Source: Octopus sinensis
Taxonomy: Eukaryota
Direction of reading: 5' to 3'
DNA length: 64,000 nt
NCBI RefSeq assembly: GCF_006345805.1
Contig: NC_043005.1
Span: 11,532,001-11,596,000 of the forward strand
This document shows, one piece after another, positions 1-12,950 of the stretch. Below the pieces are notes generated by a model that did not search any database, was not told where the DNA came from, and saw only the letters and a list, made by a program, of their open reading frames with translations. The number at the start of each line of letters is the position of its first letter. Position 1 is the first letter of the stretch. The translations under genes were made by a program, and so were the position numbers.

Positions 1-15
1 GGATTGCCCCACCGT

Positions 16-53
<38 letters not shown>

Positions 54-183
54 GATTCAGTTGAATAAGGTGCTTACGTTGAGGCACCAAGTCACTACGG
101 TATTATCCGCACAGCTCGAAATAAGGTGAATAAAATCAAATAAGTAACAGGATATCAAGTATTGACATCCTGTTACATATTTG

Positions 184-220
<37 letters not shown>

Positions 221-406
221 AAATATTAGGGAAAAATCCAAACTTACAGGGAAAAATCAGATTTAGGATTGAATCCAATTTTATAGTAAAATATTATATT
301 AAATTAGAGATAAAACCACTATTAGGCAAATCATACAATGAAATAAGATTAATTAATTTATATTATTTAAATATATATCAAAATTATTCAAAAAGATAAT
401 TAATAT

Positions 407-476
407 AACACTACGATCGTTTCATGGCTGTTCAATTCTTAAAATTTTCGAGTTACAGTCATTCTTCAGGTGGTTT
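407..476 (-). ncRNA. Type I hammerhead ribozyme motif (PLE-type)
   Basis: Minus strand reads cac CTGAAGA atgactgt...acagccat GAAAC gatc GTA gtg. Stem I cac/gtg, stem II atgactgt/acagccat (1 mismatch), palindromic stem III ACGATCGT. Confidence 0.75.
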
Positions 477-988
477 ACATATCTAAAATATAATTAATAT
501 TTTTAAGATATGAATAATATATATAATATAATAATTTTACTTATAATAAACTCTATTATCAAATATGATTATATCCAAATCGACTATAATGTTAAATATT
601 AATTTTAATTTATAAGGTAGGAAACCCATAATCCAATATCAATATTAGTCTATATCTAATTACATAAATATTTAAAATGACTAATATATATAAATTATCA
701 ATGAAAATATATATATAAATATTATAATCAAGATCTAAAATAATCTCTATAAATAATTGTATATAATAAAAACCTAATAAATTTAATTTTCCATATTTAA
801 AGATGAAATAGCTAATTTCAAAATACAAATAAACTAACTTAAACGAACTTTCAGAAATCTTATGTAAAATACTTTTAGAAATAATCAATTCTTAGTAATA
901 TAGTATCGAATAAATACCATAAGTATTATAAATATAATTATGAATGGGAATACTTATCGAATATAAATTTAAAGAAATAACTAAGTTA

Positions 989-1058
989 TGCTATTAAATT
1001 AGACATGGCCTAGACCAATCTTTAGTCGAAACATATCTAAGTTTATCAAAGTTTATCT
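989..1058 (+). mobile_element. 3' tail of a CR1-clade LINE
   Basis: tgctattaaattagacatggcctagaccaatcttt..gaaacatatctaag matches the reverse complement of about 17724-17785, which lies downstream of a CR1-type ORF2 C-terminus. Confidence 0.5.
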
Positions 1059-1624
1059 AATTTAATTAATTAATCTTATGTATTGGCTTAAGTTTTTCAT
1101 TGTATGATTTGCCTAATAGTGGTTTTATCTCTAATTTAATATAATATTATATATATATATATAATTAAACAAAACAAAAATATTATAAAACAGGTTGGTT
1201 CATCTCAAATTCTTTGTAAACTCCTAAATATATCTCCTTCTGTGTATATATATACTGCCAAATAAATATGATTTTTATTGAACCCCTAATTCTTTTTCTG
1301 CCTATGTATATAGATACTTCCAAACAAACATGATTTTTATTGAACTCCTAATACTTTTTGTTTAATATTTTCTCAGATATTTCCTTGTAAACTATTTTTA
1401 ACATTTTCTTCTTATTATCAAAGAATGTATATATGTATTTTAATACTTTTGTGACAACCAGTACTCAACACAACAAAGCTTATACAAAGCTTTACATTTT
1501 ACTTTTGACAATCTTTTTCCAAAAATGTGAAACCGGTTAAGTGAATAAACATCTTTAAAATTGCATTTTCAAATTTTCTTTCATATATATTTCAACTCGT
1601 GCGGTACCTTACAACTTCACTTTG

Positions 1625-1670
<46 letters not shown>

Positions 1671-2836
1671 CAAGACTGAATTCTGTAATTCGTTTACAAG
1701 AAGCCAGGAAATTGGATGCATTGGCTCTTACGTGACTACATTTAGATTCGAACTCATGTTACTCTATTTGTAGATAGAATGCTCTACTTTTCTCTGAAAC
1801 GTTTAATTAAAAAAGAAAAAAATAATTTACAGTAACACGAAACAGGCTATATTTAATTTATTGCGTTAGATATTTAGTTAAAATATCAGGTTTCACATAT
1901 GTAATGTAGTTGGCGTCTTAAAAAAATTGAATCAGCAAATTCAATCAATTACCTATAACAGCTAAAATCTAAGAATATTCTCATCATCAACACACTCATA
2001 ACCGTCAGCAGATTTTGCACACAAAAGAAAAGAGAGAAAAAAATTGATAAAATGAATCTTTTTATTTTTATTTTAATTATAAACAGAAATAATGCGCTTC
2101 TTTCCATTCTGAAAACACTGTCAGTTTCTTAACTACCTCGAGAGGAAACGTCAAAAGAATCGGAAAAATGCAGGTGTTTCTCTTAGCAGAGCATTTTTAC
2201 TTATCCTGGATGTCCACATGTAAGGATATGTATTGAATATTTATCCAAACTAGCGGTAGTATAATATCCATCCTTGATGCTGTCTCTCAACACTAATTCC
2301 TGGCTAGCTTTTGCACAAATCGGTTAATATTTGGCTTACCAATTCCTATATCGAAATATGCATTTACGTCTTGGCTCAGAATGTTTCAGGTACTCTGTAC
2401 TGAGGAGTCCAAATCAGGTCGAAAAATCTTATCTTGCGATCCATCGACGTTCCGAGCAAAGCCTTGAATTGAGACACATTAGCATCGTTGAGAATTCTTC
2501 TCTTAGACAAGATTTCCTATCTAATGCCATTTTTACTCTTGTATACACATTACGAATGTGTATACACACTGGTGTTTTTTATGTAAGAATGTTTCAAATG
2601 AACGTATTAATTTAATTCTAGTCCGGCCAGCTTTCGCACAAATGAGTGGTTTATCGTTTATATATATCGGAACAAATATTTTCGGTTTGGATCAGAATGT
2701 CAAAGGTATTTGTCACGAAGCAGATTAAATGAAAACACCACGTCTGGTAATCTAACGACGATTTTGGCTAAGCTCAGTGAGAATTTTTCTCCGGGACAAA
2801 ATATTAGAGCTGGTGCTGCTCTACTCTTGTATACAT

Positions 2837-3248
2837 AGGCGCAGGAGTGGCTGTGTGGTAAGTAGCTTGCTTACCAACCACATGGTTCCGGGTTCAGTCC
2901 CACTGCGTGGCACCTTGGTCAAGCGTCTTCTATCATAGCCTCGGGCCGACCAAATCCTTGTGAGTGGATTTGGTAGACGGAAACTGAAAGAAGCCCGTCG
3001 TATATATGTATATATATATGTGTGTGTGTGTTTGTGTGTATGTGTTTGTCCCCCTCAACATCGCTTGACAACCGATACTGGTGTGTTTACGTCGCCGTAA
3101 CCTAGCGGTTCGGCAAAAGAGACCGATAGAATAAGTACTAGGCTTACAAAGAATAAGTCCTGGGGGTCGATTTCCTCGACTAAAGGCGGTGCTCCAGCAT
3201 GGCCGCAGTCAAATGACTGAAACCAGTAAAAGAGTAAAAGAGAGTAAA
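2837..3248 (+). mobile_element. tRNA-derived SINE, family A
   Basis: Head aggcgcaggagtggctgtgtggtaag...ggttcagtcc with A/B-box-like motifs, an internal (TA/TG) tract and a (GTAAAAGA)n tail. Five near-complete copies in the window. Confidence 0.9.
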
Positions 3249-3609
3249 ATATTATTGATACTATAAACACCCGTACTAATTCCATGATTTAGTTGTGGGC
3301 AGCTTTTTGTAGCTAAGTGTACACTGTCACTAATTAGCATTGAATAGTCGCCACCCACGCTCCATGTTTTGTAAAAGAAAAATAAATTATTGTTTTAATC
3401 AAATACAGGTTAATTTTAAGCTGTGGTTATTATCCATGAGCTTTTACACATACAGCGTAAACAACTCTTTAGATATTTGTGTCAAAAACTTCCCAATACT
3501 AAACTTGCATGAAAATAATTACTGAAGAAAAGTACTTATAAAGGGTGTTCGGACTAAATTTGACAGGTTGCATTGTAATCCATAGAATTACACACACTAA
3601 CTCACACAC

Positions 3610-3705
<96 letters not shown>

Positions 3706-3710
3706 TCTAA

Positions 3711-3799
<89 letters not shown>

Positions 3800-4636
3800 T
3801 TATATACACGTATATGATGCATATGTATATATGTGTAAATATTTTGTCCATGACATTTACAAGCTCTTCGAGAGCGACTGGCGGCGGCAGGAAAAATTCA
3901 TGTAAGGAGATAACAGCGGAGGCAGTCATTCTGTAGACAAACGATTGAAGGTTATTATTGCAAGGCCTTGAATAAGGCGCACAAGATGGAGCGATGAGAT
4001 GAGAAGAGATGATGTGGAAGGAATACTCGAGCGGAAATCTTAGGAGACAAGTAGCTGATACGAACAGAATCAACATAAACAGATCAGTAAAAACCCAGAC
4101 TGAGACGTCTCTGCACTAGAGGTTGGAGTGCGTTGGCAAACGATTTCATGCCTTTCTACAGCAGCGTGTTAAAAGTATGTGCTTTGAGATAAATCGTTGA
4201 ATGACTTATTTGCATATTTCTCAATGTTTCTGCATAAATATTCTAAATGTAAAGGAAACTTTTATCGCTGTCAGCAAATACGAGATAATAAATAAAAGAT
4301 CAGTTATTGAATGTTTGCTACAATGGATTATGTCACTTTTAAGCAACTTTAGTCAAAACATTCATTCGAATATTCACTTGTATAGCTTTAATAGTGGCTT
4401 CATTACACTTAATATATCGATATCTGTTTGTCTAGATTTATAATATTATTTCTCATTCGTTTTGTGAAATGGCAGAGTTGTTAGAGCGTCATACAACTCA
4501 AATATCTATTTTAGCTGACTGTACTCTGAATTCTAGTCTTACCCACTGATGACAGTTTCGCACTACTTTCTTTTGGTACTTTATTATATCGATGGATGAG
4601 TTGCATGGTGATACTTGGTGTTAGTGTTCTGAGTTC

Positions 4637-4940
4637 GGAGGCGCAATGGCCCAGTGGTTAGGGCAGCGGACTCGCGGTCGTAGGATCGCGGTTTCGATTC
4701 CCAGACCGGGCGTTGTGAGTGTTTATTGAGCGAAAACACCTAAAAAAGCTCCACGAGGCTCCGGCAAGGATGGTGGTGATCCCTGCTGTACTCTTTCGCC
4801 ACAACTTTCTCTCACTCTTACTTCCTGTTTCTGTTGTACCTGTATTTCAAAGGGCCGGCCTTGTCACTCTCTGTGTCACGTTGAATATCCCCGAGAACTA
4901 CGAGTCCGCTGCCCTAACCACTGGGCCATTGCGCCTCCAC
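4637..4940 (+). mobile_element. tRNA-derived SINE, family B, 3'-truncated and ending in an inverted copy of its own head
   Basis: Head ggaggcgcaatggcccagtggttagggcagcggactcg...ggtttcgattcc. 4901-4938 is the exact reverse complement of 4637-4674. Confidence 0.85.
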
Positions 4941-5090
4941 TAATATAATAAGCAATATAATGCTGATTTAATTAATAACAATAATAACATCAATAATAAC
5001 TTCTATCAACCAAATTACAATAAATATTTTTAGACCGAGAGGAAAGAAACAGGGACACACGTTAGAATAAAACTTACAAAAAAACCCAAA

Positions 5091-5330
5091 GTAATTAAGT
5101 TATCAAAGAAAACTCTCTCTACAACAAATATACTAGCCAAAGGCTTAAAGTTTACCCTACGAAGATCCAACCTTAATGAAATTAAAGACAATATTTCGGA
5201 ATTCTGCAGAAAATGACGACTCGCAGAAGCACTAACTGACTACAAAAACGAAGATGAATCCCTGGTCAAAAAAAGTAATTGCCTTCCCCATAAGGGTAGG
5301 AATAAAACACTGGATGACTTCTGCGAGTAT
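5091..5330 (+). pseudogene. Penelope-like element ORF fragment (region upstream of the RT)
   Basis: Translates as VIKLSKKTLSTTNILAKGLKFTLRRSNLNEIKDNISEFCRK*RL. This resembles the PLE motifs VINLS..L...LxKGLxFxP and FxRKLRL. Confidence 0.65.
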
Positions 5331-5451
5331 AAATAGGTTTTCAAATAAGTAAACCTTAATATCATCAATAGCGAAAGCGAAACCGGTCGATATATTAAAA
5401 AATTATATTAAAGCTATGTAAAAAGTGTGTATTTTCCTTTTTTAATTTCTC

Positions 5452-5510
<59 letters not shown>

Positions 5511-5834
5511 TGTGTGTGTGTGTGTGTGTGCGTGTGTGTGTGTGTGTGTGCGCGTGTGTATGAACGTATGTATGTTTATATACATTCTAATGTAATAAAA
5601 GGTATAGTGTGACCCTGCTCGTCACGCTGTGTGCATAGAAGAATAAAGCAACAGAAGTGGGTGTGAGTGGTAGTGAGAGATGCTAATATGAGCAGCCCAC
5701 ATTTCAAAGCTTTGCTCCGAAGAGGCTAGGAGAGAAGAATAAAAAACAAAACAAACGGAGTGGCAGTGAGTGAAAGTCAGAGGCAGATAAGTGCAGGCGA
5801 ACTGCAATGAGTTCTGAATGCACCAGTATTTTAA

Positions 5835-6000
5835 TCTTTACTACTCTAGGAACAACGCCCAAAATTTTGGAGGAGAGGGCCAGTCGATTAAATTGACCCC
5901 AGTAACCAACTGGTACGTAATTTATCGACACTGAAACGATGAAAGACAAAGTCGACCTCGACAGAATTTGAACTCAGAACATAAAAACAGACGAAATACA
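5835..6000 (-). mobile_element. SINE family C fragment (Meta-like core)
   Basis: Minus strand gttctgagttcaaattctgtcgaggtcgactttgtctttcatc..tcgataaatt is shared with the family C copies. Confidence 0.7.
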
Positions 6001-6004
6001 ATTT

Positions 6005-6035
<31 letters not shown>

Positions 6036-6276
6036 ACACATACACACACACATACACACACGCACACAGAAACACACTCATACACACACTCATAACCCCC
6101 CCCACACACACACACACAAAGAGGCATATATATTACAATAAAGTGATTCCATCGATCGATGTGTGTTTGTATCTATATATATATGAATGTATACTTTGTG
6201 GTGGCGTATATATGTACACACACACACACGCACACATATATATGAGTGTGTGTGAATGTGTATATATATATATATA

Positions 6277-6508
6277 TTTCTTTACTACCCACAAGGGGCT
6301 ACACACAGAGGGGACAAAGAAGGACATACAAACGGATTAAGTCGATTACATCGACCCCAGTGCATAACTGCTACTTAATTTATCCACCCCGAAAGGATGA
6401 AAGGCAAAGTCGACCTCAGCAGAATTTGAACTCAGAACATAAAGACAGACGAAATACCACTAAGCATTTCGTCCGGCGTGCTAACGTTTCTGCCAGCTTG
6501 TCGCCTTA
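6277..6508 (-). mobile_element. SINE family C
   Basis: Minus-strand head aggcgacaagctggcagaaacgttagcacgccgg; core gtcgactttgcctttcatcctttcggggt. Confidence 0.85.
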
Positions 6509-6842
6509 ATATGTATAACGTGTATATATATATATGTTGTGTGTGAGTGTGTATATATGTATATAAGTATATATGTATGTTTGTATGCATTTATATGTAC
6601 TCATATATGCATATATATATATATGCACATAAGTATATATGTGTGTGTATGTGTGTATGCGTTTGAGTATGCGTGTGTGTATATGTGTGTGTGTATGCGT
6701 GTGTGTTTACTCAAGCATATATAATATGGGTAATATATGCAATCGAGACGTTACAATCGTATCTGATTCTTGAAGTGCTTCGATTCTTTGTGTGAACATG
6801 TATTTACTATATTTCTCCATTGTGCTGATGTGCCATTTTCTA

Positions 6843-7174
6843 TCTTTATATATAAAAGTGAGGTTGTGTGCTGTCTGTCTCCTACGATTTAGATTCCTAA
6901 CTACTCCCACATTTTGCGGTGCAGTTTAACCAAAACCGGGTATCTTATAGTCGTGATTCATATCGAGCCCTTCTGGGTATTAGCGCGCGTCTACGATGAG
7001 TCTACGATTTAAAAAAAAATTTACCATCATTTTTTTTCCATTTTAATGCATTTTTTTCGCTATTATATAAGGGAAGTAACTCTCTAAAAATGTCTACGAT
7101 GAGTCAACGATTTAAAAAAAAATTTACCATAATTTTTTTTCCATTTTTAATGCAACGCCGGGCGATACTGCTAG
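6843..7174 (+). mobile_element. Non-autonomous Helitron
   Basis: 5' A|TC start, 3' CTAG|T end, GC-rich subterminal gcaacgccgggcgatactgctag, no TSD. Second copy at 58200-58595 (-). Confidence 0.75.
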
Positions 7175-7274
7175 TCATTAATAAAATTGTGTTGATGTAC
7201 TGTGACAATTTCTCTCATTAATGAAACTGTCACCATTTTTGCCGACACGTGTATGCTAGTGTGTATATGATAGT

Positions 7275-7659
7275 GTGGAGGCGCAATGGCCCAGTGGTTA
7301 GGGCAGCGGATTCGCGGTCGTAGGATCGTGGTTTCGATTCCCAGACCGGGCGTTGTGAGTGTTTACTGAGCGAAAACACCTAAAAGTTCCACGAGGCTCC
7401 GGCAAGAGATGGTGGCGAACTCTGCTGTATTCTTTCACTACAACTTTCTCTCACTCTTTCTTCCTGTTTCTGTTGTAACCGAATATCAAAGAGCCAGCCT
7501 TGTCGCACACTGTGTCACGCTGAATCTCCCCGAGAACTATGTTAAGGGTACACGTATCTGTGGAGTGCTCAGCCACTTGAGCGTTAATTTCACGAGCAGG
7601 CTGTTCCGTTGATCGGATCAACTGGAACGCTCGTCGTCGTAACCGACGGAGTGTCAACA
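7275..7659 (+). mobile_element. tRNA-derived SINE, family B (full length)
   Basis: Same head as 4637; ends cgtcgtaaccgacggagtgtcaac. Confidence 0.9.
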
Positions 7660-7887
7660 GCATGTTCACACACAAACGTATATATTATTAGGTATAACAG
7701 TGTACATGCATGATACTAACTAGTAATTATGTCCGTTGTGTCTACTAGGTGCATATATTTTCTAAACGCATACATACACACATTCACACAAAGGCACACA
7801 GACACACACATATACACACACCTACTCACGCGTTTGTGGTATAGTCCTGTCGGTGTATTTGTATAAGTTAGTTTGTTATATTTATAT

Positions 7888-7954
<67 letters not shown>

Positions 7955-8402
7955 AGCATACCTACACACATACATATATATGTATATATTTGTTTGTTCA
8001 TTGTGTGTGTACGTACGTGTACATGTGTTCGCGTGCCTGTATATGTGCATTTAACCGTATGTGTATATGTATGCATCTTTATGCATGCGTATAAAGTGCA
8101 CATATTTCTTATATCAGTGTGTTAGCGAAAACACCCAATCTTGATAAAAATGTTGATAAACTTTTGCCGCCATTTCTAACTAAGTTATTTATCCTGGCAT
8201 CAGCTCTGTTTTATCACCTGATATTAAGACACATTATTATTCTTTTCCTATATCAGTAGTTGAACTTTCTAATCACAATATACACCTTGCTTTCTACTAT
8301 TCTTAATCTCTCTCTTCCTCTCTCTTTCCCTCTCGCCCTATATACATATATATATATTTGTGTATGTGTTTGTGTGGGCGTATGTGTTTGTATCTACGTA
8401 TG

Positions 8403-8454
<52 letters not shown>

Positions 8455-8488
8455 CACATGTATTTATGTATATGGTTACTCATTTATA

Positions 8489-8544
<56 letters not shown>

Positions 8545-9207
8545 ATGCCTGTACATATATGTATATGTGTTTTATTTGTGTATGTATCTTGTTCTTTATT
8601 TTTTTATTTCTACAATTCTTCCTCTCTGCATCTCTCTTTCCCCTTCCCTCTCTTTTTTTTTCTTTTTCTGTCTCTCTCCCTTGCTCATTATTACTCTTTA
8701 TCCTTCAGAATAGCGATTTCTTTCGTCTTTATCTGAATACACATACTTTTTTCAATCTCTACTTGCCTGATATATTTCACATATATATATATATATACAT
8801 ACATATTTTTGCATATACAAATCTATGTTTGTGTGAATATGTTATTTTGTTATTATTTATTTAATATTAGTTATTGTTTAGTCTTAGGAAGAAGTACGTG
8901 TCCGCCCATATTCTTTTGCAATGCTATCATTTACTTTGAGGAATAGGGGATATCTTGCACATGATTATTTCACGATATTTATTTTTCAGCGCTTGGCGAT
9001 ATGCATTATGAAATTTTCTATGTCGGCTTCACACAGAGCAAAATATATGATTCCAGTAAACGGAAAATGTGGCCTGTGGTCCTGTTTCAATTATCAAGTG
9101 AAATGTTTCCTCCTCATTCATACTCAAAATGACTCTCGTCAAGGTTTCGTTAACCCTAGAAATAGCCAACCTCCCGTCTATAAAGTACTCTATAAATAGT
9201 CAACAGT

Positions 9208-9612
9208 AGGCGCAGGAGTGGCTGTGTGGTAAGTAGCTTGCTAACCAACCACATGGTTCCGGGTTCACTCCCACTGCGTGGCACCTTGGGCAAGTGTCTT
9301 CTGCTATAGCCCCGGGCCGACCAATGCCTTGTGAGTGGATTTGGTAGACGGAAACTGAAAGAAGCCTGTTGTATATATGTATATATATATGTATGTGTGT
9401 GTTTGTGTGTCTGTGTTTGTCCCCCTAGCGTTGCTTGACAACAGATGCTGGTGTGTTTACGTCCCCGTCACTTAGCGGTTCGGCAAAAGAGACTGATAGA
9501 ATAAGTACAGGGCTTACAAAGAATAAGTCCCGGGGTCGATTTGCTCGACTAAAGGCGGTGCTCCAGCATGGCCGCAGTCAAATGACTGAAACAAGTAAAA
9601 GAGTAAAAGAGT
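9208..9612 (+). mobile_element. SINE family A
   Basis: Near-identical to 2837-3248. Confidence 0.9.
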
Positions 9613-10019
9613 ATATTTATAATGCAGTCGACTACATATATCAAGTATTTGACCACGTATATACATAACGCATTGTATTACATACCTGTGAAGTAATCGG
9701 CCACATATCTTCAAAGGGCTTATTGCATATCTATAAAGTAGTGGTCCACGTACGTACAGATTATTCGACCACATATCTATAGATTAATCGATCGCATATC
9801 TATAACGTAGTCGATAACATGTATGTAAAGTATTCTGACACCTCGTAAATATTAGTAGTTCTGTTACTTGTTGTAATCATTGCACTGCGGTCATGCTGGA
9901 GCACTGCTTAGTAGAGTTAATGGAACAAACCAGCGTTAGCACTTATTGGATCTTTTGACGAATCGTTAAGTCAGAGGGGTGTAAAGAAAACAACACAAGG
10001 TGTCAAGTATGTACATACA

Positions 10020-10880
10020 TACGTGGTCTGATCGGGACTTTGCCATAGTAACAGAGCTAAAACACGCAGAGTAAAGCCTCTTGGTACAGATTGACCTTGA
10101 ACGCTGTTGCGCATGTACACTAAGCTTTAACGTTCTAGCTCACTTCCGCTGTATACAGCAGTGTTTGGAAAGAACGTGTGTAGCGTGTGATCGTCGCATT
10201 GACCATGACAGAGAAAGCTGAGCAGAGAGTCTGCATGAAATTTTGCCAAAATTTTGCTTAAAGTCCTACGCAAAGTTGAAGAGTGTGTATGGAGATGAGT
10301 ATATGAGCTGAAAAAATATCGATAGTGGCGAAAGTTCTGGGAGACCCACAACCAGCAGGACTGAGAAAATACATCGCAGATGTGCATGCACTGTGAGGGA
10401 AAATCGTCAAATCCCCATCCGATGTGCAGATTAGTTGCATTTCAGTTCAGTCCATTATCACTGAAGATTTAGTATGAGACGCGTGTCTACCAAGTTTGAG
10501 CCAAAACTGCTTTTAGCTGACAAAGGATCTGTCCATTCAGTGGAGCTTGCGTTGCAGTTTTGGGCTAGGCACAGCGTTCTCCAGGACCGACAACCACCAT
10601 ATTCCCCAAATCTCGCCCCTTGCGACTCTTTCCAAAAATCAAATCCCGCTTGAAAGAAAGAAGGTTTCAAGATGTCGAAGAAATCAAAGTGAGTGGGGGC
10701 AGCTGCTGATTATCCCAGAAAACGAGATCCAAGAATGCTTCCATCAATGGAAACAGCGATGGATTAAGTGTGTTACCTCCGAAGGGGACTAATTTGAAGG
10801 AGATTAAATGCCAAATAGATACGTGTTGTAGTTTAGTTTTTAATAACATCAGTCCGGATACTTATTGATCATAACGCGTA
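10020..10880 (+). mobile_element. Internally deleted mariner element (family M1)
   Basis: TA-flanked degenerate TIRs (tacgtggtctgatc.. / ..tgatcataacgcgta). Remnants of PPYSPxLAPCD at about 10595-10630 and QECFHQWKQRWIKCVTSEGD. Confidence 0.75.
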
Positions 10881-11159
10881 CATACATGTACAATTTAATA
10901 AACACGCGATTTAAATGTGAGCTACAATAGGTTGCATGCTCTGATATTACAATAGTCGGATGAGCTTGTATAGCATGCCATGTATTATCGCACAATATTT
11001 CAAAATAAAAATAAATTATGGTTGCTCTTTGAGAGTAAAGAAACAGAACGAGAAGTAAAAAATGTATATGATAAAAGGAAACGAGAAAAGTGGCGAAGGG
11101 AGATGAAAATTTTCTCCTTTAGTCCATTAGAATGATAAGTATCAAAGGTTAGTGTGTGC

Positions 11160-12150
11160 CTAATGCAGAGAGGACGGATTTCTCCAGTTCGATAATAGAA
11201 ACTTATTGATATGCTTACAGTTAGTGAAAATAATCAAATCTAAAATTCAGTATCTCGGCAAGTTCTTAGATTTAAAAGTAAAGAGCTCTTTCGGCTATAC
11301 AAAGCCTGAACCACCACGACCTATTAACGTATGGTGTGGATTGATCAACGATTACCTGGTTGATAGTATGCAGGGTATCTAGCCTTCAAGTTCAAGATAT
11401 GGGTAGCTAAATAGGTTTTCTTCTTGCTTACGTACCGGAAAGAAGACTGGTGGTCGACATCTATTTTTAAAGTCACTTTCCCATAGAATAATATATGTCT
11501 TGAGATTTTATTGTTGTAAATCTGGGAAGATAGCTTCGTATATAACTGAGCTAACAACGAGTAGTTGAGTGGTTAAGTATATAGGTTACTGAATTTACAT
11601 TTTGGTGATAGTACCTTAAGTGACCTACATCTAACAATCTTTTTCAAGTTGAGGCAGCAACTGTAAGAAACGCTCACTGAACATCAATTGAAAATTTTCT
11701 TGTACTTATGGCTATTAGGTAAATGCTTATCTATCAAAGTTCCCAATTTTCTACTTACGTTTGTCTTAAGATTTAAAGAGAAAGATAGGGGAACAAATTT
11801 TATGATATTTTTAGGGCTAATTGAGGAAATGGGTGAAAGCTACCTTTTTTTGAAGCAGCTGTCATCCAGGACGTTATTATAGTAGGATGATGTCATATCA
11901 AATATTTTCTTAGGGGAAGTGGCATGAGATATCTTATTACTAACATTAGCTAAAACGATTTTAAAGTCGATAGGCGGGTGACAAGATTTTATATGTATAT
12001 CTGTGAGTTTTCCATTATGCCTATTGTAGGGCTTGTAAGAACACAATTTTAGACCAATGACGTGAGAGGAGAACTTAGATTTTAGTATATCTAATATAAA
12101 CAAGCCTACTAGATAATAAATATCAGCAATGCCATATCGGTGTATAGGAT
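11160..12150 (-). pseudogene. Penelope-like element: RT (YxDD region and thumb) plus C-terminal GIY-YIG endonuclease, decayed
   Basis: Minus strand carries LYTD(D)G, YKPYNRHNGKLTDIHIKSCHPP, HQSSFRYVSKKKTYLATHILNLK, LCIAEK and CKHINKF, all matching PLE motifs. Confidence 0.8.
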
Positions 12151-12160
12151 TAGTAGTTTG

Positions 12161-12495
12161 AAAATCTTAAGATATCATAGCAATAGAATTAGGAAGACTG
12201 TTAAACTACTGCAATTGGCAAATAACAACAATGTCATGAACGGGTTTAGGAATAGAAAAAAGCTAAATTCACATATTTCGATATCGTAGATTTTTATTCC
12301 TCGATATCGGAACCTTTGCTAGATAAGGTAGTTGACTTCACCGGAAAAAATCGCCATTGACGAAATAGATCTTGACTTTATACTGTATGCGTTAAAACCC
12401 TCATGAATGTGATGAAAAACATCTGAAACAAGAATTGTTTGATATATCGATGGGATCGTATAGTAGTGCTGATATTGTGATTTAGTAGCTCTCTC
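12161..12495 (+). pseudogene. Inverted N-terminal RT segment of the same Penelope-like element
   Basis: Plus strand reads KILR..IRK, FTYFDIVDFYSSISEPLL and FDISMGSYSSADI, resembling FDVTMGSYDGAE. Confidence 0.8.
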
Positions 12496-12894
12496 ATGAC
12501 ATTAGATGTACTATGATCTAACTTTCCTCCCACGACACTGGTCTATACTATGCTAAAAGGTCGGAGGTAGGACACAAGGCTCCTTGTACATAGGAAACAC
12601 TCACACTCACTCTCACCCTCTCTCTCTTTGACGCTCACTCATTTTCTCGGATCTTTTCCTTTTGAACAGCAGTTTTCAACACAATTTCTAGTTAACTAAA
12701 CACTTTTAAACCTCATATACTGGTAGAATGTGTTAAAATAAAACATTTTTTTCTCTTGGCTTTCTTGAGAAAATTGTAATTTGTAAGTTTAACGTAGTTT
12801 AAATTTTCGAATGTTAACCAATCCTATGCCCTCTATTGAGCTAAAATCATTTGCTGTGTCTAAAACTGAGACAACATCATGTCACTAACCCTAA

Positions 12895-12950
<56 letters not shown>

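Larger units (their letters stand above)
219..1150. mobile_element. Fold-back cassette between (TA)n tracts, PLE-terminus-like, containing a hammerhead motif
   Basis: 53-bp perfect inverted repeat at 291-343 / 1095-1147. Hammerhead at 407-476. The same terminus recurs in reverse at 41645-41805. Confidence 0.6.

Noticed and set aside
4637-4710. SINE heads as tRNA genes
   Set aside because: They run into multi-copy SINE bodies with TSDs and lack a full acceptor stem.
5214-5216. In-frame TGA in the PLE fragment as selenocysteine
   Set aside because: It falls at the Leu position of FxRKLRL and no SECIS was seen; simple decay is more likely.
8921-9199. 92-aa ORF or possible exon after tttttcag
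   Set aside because: No recognisable homology and a weak donor site; insufficient support.
12885-12896. ctaaccctaac telomere-like motif
   Set aside because: Only about two units, in an interstitial repeat.
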